Origin: Eledone cirrhosa | Taxonomy: Eukaryota | Length of the DNA: 64,000 nt | Direction: 5' to 3' | NCBI GenBank assembly: GCA_964016885.1 | Contig: OZ024744.1 | Coordinates: 21,080,001-21,144,000 of the forward strand | Part shown: positions 55,601-64,000 of the stretch, one piece after another | Layout: every line of letters begins with the position of its first letter | How positions within the stretch are numbered: the stretch's first letter is position 1 | Translations under genes and position numbers: made by a program | The notes under the pieces: model-generated | What the model saw: the letters and a program-made list of their open reading frames with translations, nothing else | The model's database searches: none | Told to the model about the DNA's origin: nothing

Positions 55601-58600
55601 GAACGGACTCGTTTTAACAACACCTGAATCTTAAGATAAAACTCGTTTTAACAACAGTTGAATCTTAAGAACTGATTCGTTTTAACAACAGTTCAAACTT
55701 AAGAACTGACTCATTTTAACAACAGTTGAATCTTATGAACTGACTCATTTTAACAACAGTTGAATCTTAAGATAACATTCGTTTTAACAACAGTTGAATC
55801 TTAAGAACTGACTCGTTTTAACAACAGTTGAATCTTAAGATAAAACTCGTTTTAACAACAGTTGAATCTTAAGAACTGACTCGTTTTAACGACAGCTGAA
55901 TCTTAAGATAAATCTCGTTTTAACAAGAGTTGAATCTTAAAGATAAAACTCGCTTTAACAACAGTTGAATCTTAAGAACTGACTCGTTTTAACAACAGTT
56001 GAATCTTAAGACAAAACCCGTTTTAACAACAGTTGAATATTAAGAACTGTCTCGTTTTAACAACAGTTGAATTTTAAGATAAAACTCGTTTTAACAATAG
56101 TTGTATCTTAAGAACTGACTCGTTTTAACAACAGTTGAATCTTCAAATAAAACTCGTTTTAACAACAGTTGAATCTTAAGAACTGACTCGTTTTAACAAC
56201 AGTTGAATGTTAAGATAAAACTCGTTTTAACAATAGTGGAATCTTAAGAACTGACTCGTTTTAACAACAGTTGAATCTTAAGATAAAACTCGTTTTAACA
56301 ACAGTTGAATCTTAAGAACTGACTCGTTTTAACGACAGATGAATCTTAAGATAAAACTCGTTTTAACAACAGTTCAAACTTAAGAAATGACTCGTTTTAA
56401 CAACAGTTGAATCTTATGAACTGACTCATTTTAACAACAGTTGAATCTTAAGAACTGATTCGTTTTAACAACAGTTGAATCTTAAGATAAAACTCGTTTT
56501 AACAACAGTTGAATCTTAAGAACTGACTCGTTTTAACAACAGCTGAATCTTAAGATAAAACTCGTTTTAACAACAGTTGATTCTTAAGAACTGACTCGTT
56601 TTAACAACAGCTGAATCTTAAGATAAAACTCGTTTTAACAACAGTTGAATCTTAAGATAAAACTCGTTTTAACAACAGTTGAATCTTAAGAACTGACTCG
56701 TTTTAACAACAGTTGAATCTTAAGATAAAACTCGTTTTAACAACAGTTGAATCTTATGAACTAACTCATTTTAACAACAGTTGAATCTTAAGTTAAGAAT
56801 CGTTTTAACAACAGTTGAATCTTAAGAACTGACTCGTTTTAACGACAGCTGAATCTTAAGATAAAACTCGTTTTAACAACAGTTGGATCTTAAGAACTGA
56901 CTCGTTTTAACAACAGTTGAATCTTACGATAAAACTCGTTTTAACAACAGTTGAATCTTATGAACTAACTCATTTTAACAACAGTTGAATCTTAAGTTAA
57001 GACTCGTTTTAACAACAGTTGAATCTTAAGAACTGACTCGTTTTAACAACAGTTGAATCTTAAGACAAAACCCGTTTTAACAACAGTTGAATCTTAAGAA
57101 CTGACTTGTTCTAACAACAGTTCAGCCTTAAGAACTGACTCGTTTTAACAACAGTTGAATCTTAAGATAAACCTCGTTTTAACAACAGTTTAATCTTAAG
57201 AACTGACTCGTTTTAACAATAGTTGAATCTCAAGAACTGACTCGTTTTAGCAACAGTTGAATCTTAAGATAACACTCGTTTTCATAACAGTTGAATCTTA
57301 AGAACTGTCTCGTTTTAACAACAGTTGAATTTTAAGATAAACCTCGTTTTGACAACAGTTGAATCTTAAGAACTGACTCGTTTTAACAACAGTTAAATCT
57401 TAATAACTGACTCGATTTAACAACAGTTGAATGTTAAGATAAAACTCGTTTTAACAATATTTGAATCTTAAGAACTGACTCGTTTTAACAACAGTTGAAT
57501 ATTAAGATAAAACTCGTTTTAACAACTGTTGAATCTTAAGAACTGACTCGTTTTAACAACAGCTGAATCTTAAGATAAAACTCGTTTTAACAACAGTTGA
57601 ATCTTAAGAACTGACTCGTTTTAACAACAGTTGAATCTTAAGAACTGACTCGTTTTAACAACAGTTGAATGTTAAGATAAAACTCGTTTTAACAATAGTG
57701 GAATCTTAAGAACTGACTCGTTTTAACAACAGTTGAATCTTAAGATAAAACTTGTTTTAACAACAGTTCAGCCTTAAGAACTGACTCGTTTTAACAACAG
57801 CTGAATCTTAAGATAAAACTCGTTTTAACAACAGTTCAAACTTATGAACTCACTCATTTTAACAACAGTTGAATCTTAAGATAACATTCGTTTTAACAAC
57901 AGTTGAATCTTAAGAACTGATTCGTTTTAACAACAGTTGAATCTTAAGATAAAACTCGTTTTAACAACACGTGAATCTTAAGAACGGACTCGTTTTAACA
58001 ACACCTGAATCTTAAGATAAAACTCGTTTTAACAACAGTTGAATCTTAAGAACTGATTCGTTTTAACAACAGTTCAAACTTAAGAACTGACTCATTTTAA
58101 CAACAGTTGAATCTTATGAACTGACTCATTTTAACAACAGTTGAATCTTAAGATAACATTCGTTTTAACAACAGTTGAATCTTAAGAACTGACTCGTTTT
58201 AACAACAGTTGAATCTTAAAGATAAAACTCGTGTCGACAACAGTTGAATCTTAAGAACTGACTCGTTTTAACAACAGCTGAATCTTAAGATAAAACTCGT
58301 TTTAACAACAGTTGAATCTTAAGATAAAACTTGTTTTAACAACAGTTGAATCTCAAGAACTGACTCGTTTTAACGACAGCTGAATCTTAAGATAAAACTC
58401 GTTTTAACAACAGTTCAAACTTAAGAAATGACTCGTTTTAACAACAGTTGAATCTTATGAACTGACTCATTTTAACAACAGTTGAATCTTAAGAACTGAT
58501 TCGTTTTAACAACAGCTGAATCTTAAGATAAAACTCGTTTTAACAACAGTTGAATCTTAAGAACTGACTCGTTTTAACAACAGCTGAATCTTAAGAACTG

Positions 58601-61600
58601 ACTCGTTTTAACAACAGTTGAATCTTAAGAACTGACTCGTTTTAACAACAGCTGAATCTTAAGATAAAACTCGTTTTAACAATAGTTGAATCTTAAGATA
58701 AAACTCGTTTTAACAACAGTTGAATCTTAAGAACTGACTCTTTTTAACAACAGTTGAATCTTAAGATAAAACTCGTTTTAACAACAGTTGAATCTTATGA
58801 GCTAACTCATTTTAACAACAGTTGAATCTTAAGTTAAGACTCGTTTTAACAACAGTTGAATCTTAAGAACTGACTCGTTTTAACAACAGCTGAATCTTAA
58901 GATAAAACTCGTTTTAACAACAGTTGAATCTTAAGAACAGACTCGTTTTAACAACAGCTGAATCTTAAGATAAAATTCGTTTTAACAACAGTTGAATCTT
59001 AAGATAAAACTCGTTTTAACAACAGTTGAATCTTAAGTACTGACTCGTTTTAACAACAGTTGAATCTTAAGATAAAACTCGTTTTAACAACAGTTGAATC
59101 TTATGAGCTAATTCATTTTAACAACAGTTGAATCTTAAGTTAAGACTCGTTTTAACAACAGTTGAATCTTAAGAACTGACTCGTTTTAACGACAGCTGAA
59201 TCTTAAGACAAAACCCGTTTTAACAACAGTTGAATCTTAAGAACTGTCTCGTTTTAACAACAGTTGAATCTTAAGATAAACCTCGTTTTAACAACAGTTT
59301 AATCTTAAGAACTGACTCGTTTTAACAACAGTTGAATCTTAAGACAAAACTCGTTTTAACAACAGTTGAATCTTAAGAACTGACTTGTTCTAACAACAGT
59401 TCAGCCTTAAGAACTGACTCGTTTTAAAACAGTTGAATCGTTAGAACTGACTCGTTTTAACAACAGTTGAATCTTAAAATAAAACTCGTTTTAACAATAG
59501 TTGAATCTCAAGAACTGACTCGTTTTAGCAACAGTTGAATCTTAAGATAACACTCGTTTTCATAACAGTTGAATCTTAAGAACTGTCTCGTTTTAACAAC
59601 AGTTGAATTTTAAGATAAACCTCGTTTTGACAACAGTTGAATCTTAAGAACTGACTCGTTTTAACAACAATTAAATCTTAATAACTGACTCGTTTTAACA
59701 ACAGTTGAATGTTAAGATAAAACTCGTTTTAACAACAGTTGAATCTTAATTACTGACTCGTTTTAACAACAGTTGAATGTTAAGATAAAACTCGTTTTAA
59801 CAATAGTGGAATCTTAAGAACTGACTCGTTTTAACAACAGTTGAATCTTAAGATAAAACTCGTTTTAACAACAGTTGAATCTTAAGAACTGACTCGTTTT
59901 AACAACAGCTGAATCTTAAGATAAAACTCGTTTTAACAACAGTTCAAACTTAAGAAATGACTCGTTTTAACAAAAGTTGAATCTTATGAACTCACTCATT
60001 TTAACAACAGTTGAATCTTAAGATAACATTCGTTTTAACAACAGTTGAATCTTAAGAACTGATTCGTTTTAACAACAGTTGAATCTTAAGATAAAACTCG
60101 TTTTAACAACACTTGAATCTTAAGAATGGACTCGTTTTAACAACACCTGAATCTTAAGATAAAACTGGTTTTAACAACAGTTGAATCTTAAGAACTGATT
60201 CGTTTTAACAACAGTTCAAACTTAAGAACTGACTCGTTTTAACAACAGTTGAATCTTATGAACTGACTCATTTTAACAACAGTTGAATCTTAAGATAACA
60301 TTCGTTTTAACAACAGTTGAATCTTAAGAACTGACTCGTTTTAACAACAGTTGAATCTTAAAGATAAAACTCGTTTCGACAACAGTTGAATCTTAAGAAC
60401 TGACTCGTTTTAACAACAGCTGAATCTTAAGATAAAACTCGTTTTAACAACAGTTGAATCTTAAGATAAAACTCGTTTTAACAACAGTTGAATCTTAAGA
60501 ACTGACTCGTTTTAACGACAGCTGAATCTTAAGATAAAACTCGTTTTAATAACAGTTCAAACTTAAGAAATGACTCGTTTTAACAACAGTTGAATCTTAT
60601 GAACTGACTCATTTTAACAACAGTTGAATCTTAAGAACTGATTCGTTTTAACAACAGCTGAATCTTAAGATAAAACTCGTTTTAACAACAGTTGAATCTT
60701 AAGAACTGACTCGATTTAACGACAGCTGAATCTTAAGATAAAACTCGTTTTAATAACAGTTCAAACTTAAGAAATGACTCGTTTTAACAACAGTTGAATC
60801 TTATGAACTGACTCATTTTAACAACAGTTGAATCTTAAGAACTGATTCGTTTTAACAACAGCTGAATCTTAAGTTAAGACTCGTTTTAACAACAGTTGAA
60901 TCTTAAGAACTGACTCGTTTTAACAACAGCTGAATCTTAAGATAAAACTCGTTTTAACAACAGTTGAATCTTAAGAACTGACTCGTTTTAACAACAGCTG
61001 AATCTTAAGATAAAACTCGTTTTAACAACAGTTGAATATTAAGATAAAACTCGTTTTAACAACAGTTGAATCTTAAGTACTGACTCGTTTTAACAACAGT
61101 TGAATCTTAAGATAAAACTCGTTTTAACAACAGTTGAATCTTATGAGCTAACTCATTTTAACAACAGTTGAATCTTAATTTAAGACTCGTTTTAACAACA
61201 GTTGAATCTTAAGAACTGACTCGTTTTAACGACAGCTGAATCTTAAGATAAAACTTGTTTTAACAACGGTTGAATCTTAAAGATAAAACTCGCTTTAACA
61301 ACAGTTGAATCTTAAGAACTGACTCGTTTTAACAACAGTTGAATCTTAAGACAAAACCCGTTTTAACAACAGTTGAATATTAAGAACTGTCTCGTTTTAA
61401 CAACAGTTGAATTTTAAGATAAAACTCGTTTTAACAATAGTTGTATCTTAAGAACTGACTCGTTTTAACAACAGTTGAATCTTCAAATAAAACTCGTTTT
61501 AACAACAGTTGAATCTTAAGAACTGACTCGTTTTAACAACAGTTGAATGTTAAGATAAAACTCGTTTTAACAATAGTGGAATCTTAAGAACTGACTCGTT

Positions 61601-64000
61601 TTAACAACAGTTGAATCTTAAGATAAAACTCGTTTTAACAACAGTTGAATCTTAAGAACTGACTCGTTTTAACGACAGATGAATCTTAAGATAAAACTCG
61701 TTTTAACAACAGTTCAAACTTAAGAAATGACTCGTTTTAACAACAGTTGAATCTTATGAACTGACTCATTTTAACAACAGTTGAATCTTAAGAACTGATT
61801 CGTTTTAACAACAGTTGAATCTTAAGATAAAACTCGTTTTAACAACAGTTGAATCTTAAGAACTGACTCGTTTTAACAACAGCTGAATCTTAAGATAAAA
61901 CTCGTTTTAACAACAGTTGATTCTTAAGAACTGACTCGTTTTAACAACAGCTGAATCTTAAGATAAAACTCGTTTTAACAACAGTTGAATCTTAAGATAA
62001 AACTCGTTTTAACAACAGTTGAATCTTAAGAACTGACTCGTTTTAACAACAGTTGAATCTTAAGATAAAACTCGTTTTAACAACAGTTGAATCTTATGAA
62101 CTAACTCATTTTAACAACAGTTGAATCTTAAGTTAAGAATCGTTTTAACAACAGTTGAATCTTAAGAACTGACTCGTTTTAACGACAGCTGAATCTTAAG
62201 ATAAAACTCGTTTTAACAACAGTTGGATCTTAAGAACTGACTCGTTTTAACAACAGTTGAATCTTACGATAAAACTCGTTTTAACAACAGTTGAATCTTA
62301 TGAACTAACTCATTTTAACAACAGTTGAATCTTAAGTTAAGACTCGTTTTAACAACAGTTGAATCTTAAGAACTGACTCGTTTTAACAACAGTTGAATCT
62401 TAAGACAAAACCCGTTTTAACAACAGTTGAATCTTAAGAACTGACTTGTTCTAACAACAGTTCAGCCTTAAGAACTGACTCGTTTTAACAACAGTTGAAT
62501 CTTAAGATAAACCTCGTTTTAACAACAGTTTAATCTTAAGAACTGACTCGTTTTAACAATAGTTGAATCTCAAGAACTGACTCGTTTTAGCAACAGTTGA
62601 ATCTTAAGATAACACTCGTTTTCATAACAGTTGAATCTTAAGAACTGTCTCGTTTTAACAACAGTTGAATTTTAAGATAAACCTCGTTTTGACAACAGTT
62701 GAATCTTAAGAACTGACTCGTTTTAACAACAGTTAAATCTTAATAACTGACTCGATTTAACAACAGTTGAATGTTAAGATAAAACTCGTTTTAACAATAG
62801 TTGAATCTTAAGAACTGACTCGTTTTAACAACAGTTGAATATTAAGATAAAACTCGTTTTAACAACTGTTGAATCTTAAGAACTGACTCGTTTTAACAAC
62901 AGCTGAATCTTAAGATAAAACTCGTTTTAACAACAGTTGAATCTTAAGAACTGACTCGTTTTAACAACAGTTGAATCTTAAGAACTGACTCGTTTTAACA
63001 ACAGTTGAATGTTAAGATAAAACTCGTTTTAACAATAGTGGAATCTTAAGAACTGACTCGTTTTAACAACAGTTGAATCTTAAGATAAAACTTGTTTTAA
63101 CAACAGTTGAATCTTAAGAACTGACTCGTTTTAACAACAGCTGAATCTTAAGATAAAACTCGTTTTAACAACAGTTCAAACTTAAGAAATGACTCGTTTT
63201 AACAAAAGTTGAATCTTATGAACTCACTCATTTTAACAACAGTTGAATCTTAAGATAACATTCGTTTTAACAACAGTTGAATCTTAAGAACTGATTCGTT
63301 TTAACAACAGTTGAATCTTAAGATAAAACTCGTTTTAACAACACGTGAATCTTAAGAACGGACTCGTTTTAACAACACCTGAATCTTAAGATAAAACTCG
63401 TTTTAACAACAGTTGAATCTTAAGAACTGATTCGTTTTAACAACAGTTCAAACTTAAGAACTGACTCATTTTAACAACAGTTGAATCTTATGAACTGACT
63501 CATTTTAACAACAGTTGAATCTTAAGATAACATTCGTTTTAACAACAGTTGAATCTTAAGAACTGACTCGTTTTAACAACAGTTGAATCTTAAAGATAAA
63601 ACTCGTGTCGACAACAGTTGAATCTTAAGAACTGACTCGTTTTAACAACAGCTGAATCTTAAGATAAAACCCGTTTTAACAACAGTTGAATCTTAAGATA
63701 AAACTCGTTTTAACAACAGTTGAATCTCAAGAACTGACTCGTTTTAACGACAGCTGAATCTTAAGATAAAACTCGTTTTAACAACAGTTCAAACTTAAGA
63801 AATGACTCGTTTTAACAACAGTTGAATCTTATGAACTGACTCATTTTAACAACAGTTGAATCTTAAGAACTGATTCGTTTTAACAACAGCTGAATCTTAA
63901 GATAAAACTCGTTTTAACAACAGTTGAATCTTAAGAACTGACTCGTTTTAACAACAGCTGAATCTTAAGATAAAACTCGTTTTAACAACAGTTGAATCTT
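43690..64000. repeat. Distal HOR domain built on a 2415-bp (71-monomer) core, re-amplified at ~5.4, ~4.2 and ~9.6 kb offsets
   Basis: The GATTCTT marker (TTC position) lies at 44541, 46956, 52363, 56581 and 61921. GTCGAC lies at 48642, 54049, 58233 and 63607. TTAATTACTG lies at 50155, 54373 and 59746. Confidence 0.85.
60500..60875. repeat. Local 204-bp (6-monomer) tandem duplication
   Basis: The private variant TAATAACAGTTCAAAC occurs at 60547 and 60751, with the same following monomer order. Confidence 0.85.

Larger units (their letters stand above)
1..64000. repeat. 34-bp tandem satellite array (~1,880 monomers) with A/B subtypes forming a loose 68-bp dimer; extends past both window ends
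   Basis: Consensus AAGAACTGACTCGTTTTAACAACAGTTGAATCTT (A) or AAGATAAAACTCGTTTTAACAACAGTTGAATCTT (B) repeats continuously from base 1 to 64000 in one orientation, e.g. B at 2480-2513 followed by A. No unique sequence was seen. Confidence 0.99.

Noticed and set aside
1-64000. CRISPR array: B monomers read as GTTTTA...TAAAAC (32 nt), resembling the GTTTT...AAAAC termini of type II repeats
   Set aside because: There are no unique spacers (units abut, with only TC between), no leader and no cas genes. The variation is point substitution propagated in HORs.
1-64000. Repeat-protein ORF (three monomers = 102 bp = 34 codons, a TPR-like period)
   Set aside because: Each monomer has TTAA twice (a stop on both strands) plus TGA. 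The 34-bp period cycles these through all frames, so no long ORF exists in any of the six frames.
1-64000. Human 68-bp beta (Sau3A) satellite or 171-bp alpha satellite
   Set aside because: Only the lengths coincide. This sequence has a 34-bp internal period, is about 30% GC, has GATC only in rare variants, and shows no alpha satellite similarity or CENP-B box that I can recognise.
1-64000. Telomeric repeat, plasmid iterons, or tRNA/snRNA/rDNA tandem genes
   Set aside because: There is no G-rich telomeric strand, and the array is far too long and has no rep gene for iterons. The unit is too short and lacks RNA gene motifs.
1-64000. Inversions or embedded mobile elements
   Set aside because: I saw no reverse-orientation monomers (AAGATTCAACTGTTGTTAAAACGAG) and no non-satellite sequence while reading the window.

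Overview
The whole 64 kb window is one uninterrupted, head-to-tail, AT-rich (~30% GC) tandem satellite array. The monomer is 34 bp, AAGA[ACTG|TAAA]ACTCGTTTTAACAACAGTTGAATCTT, and about 1,880 copies lie in a single orientation. Two subtypes, A (ACTG) and B (TAAA), mostly alternate to give a 68-bp dimer. Diagnostic variant monomers show nested higher-order duplications with offsets of 204, ~1020, 1597, 2110, 2415, 3499, 4183-4218, ~5400, 6460, ~9600 and ~10,500 bp, all whole multiples of 34 bp once the few +1/-1 monomers are counted. I found no gene, RNA gene, transposon or true CRISPR array, and stop codons occur in all six frames. It most resembles eukaryotic (peri)centromeric or heterochromatic satellite DNA, but I do not recognise the family or organism. 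The most interesting signals are dense dyad symmetry, variants that progressively perfect local palindromes, chimeric or converted monomers at HOR junctions, and regional turnover of variants along the array. All coordinates were read by eye, so duplication boundaries are approximate.
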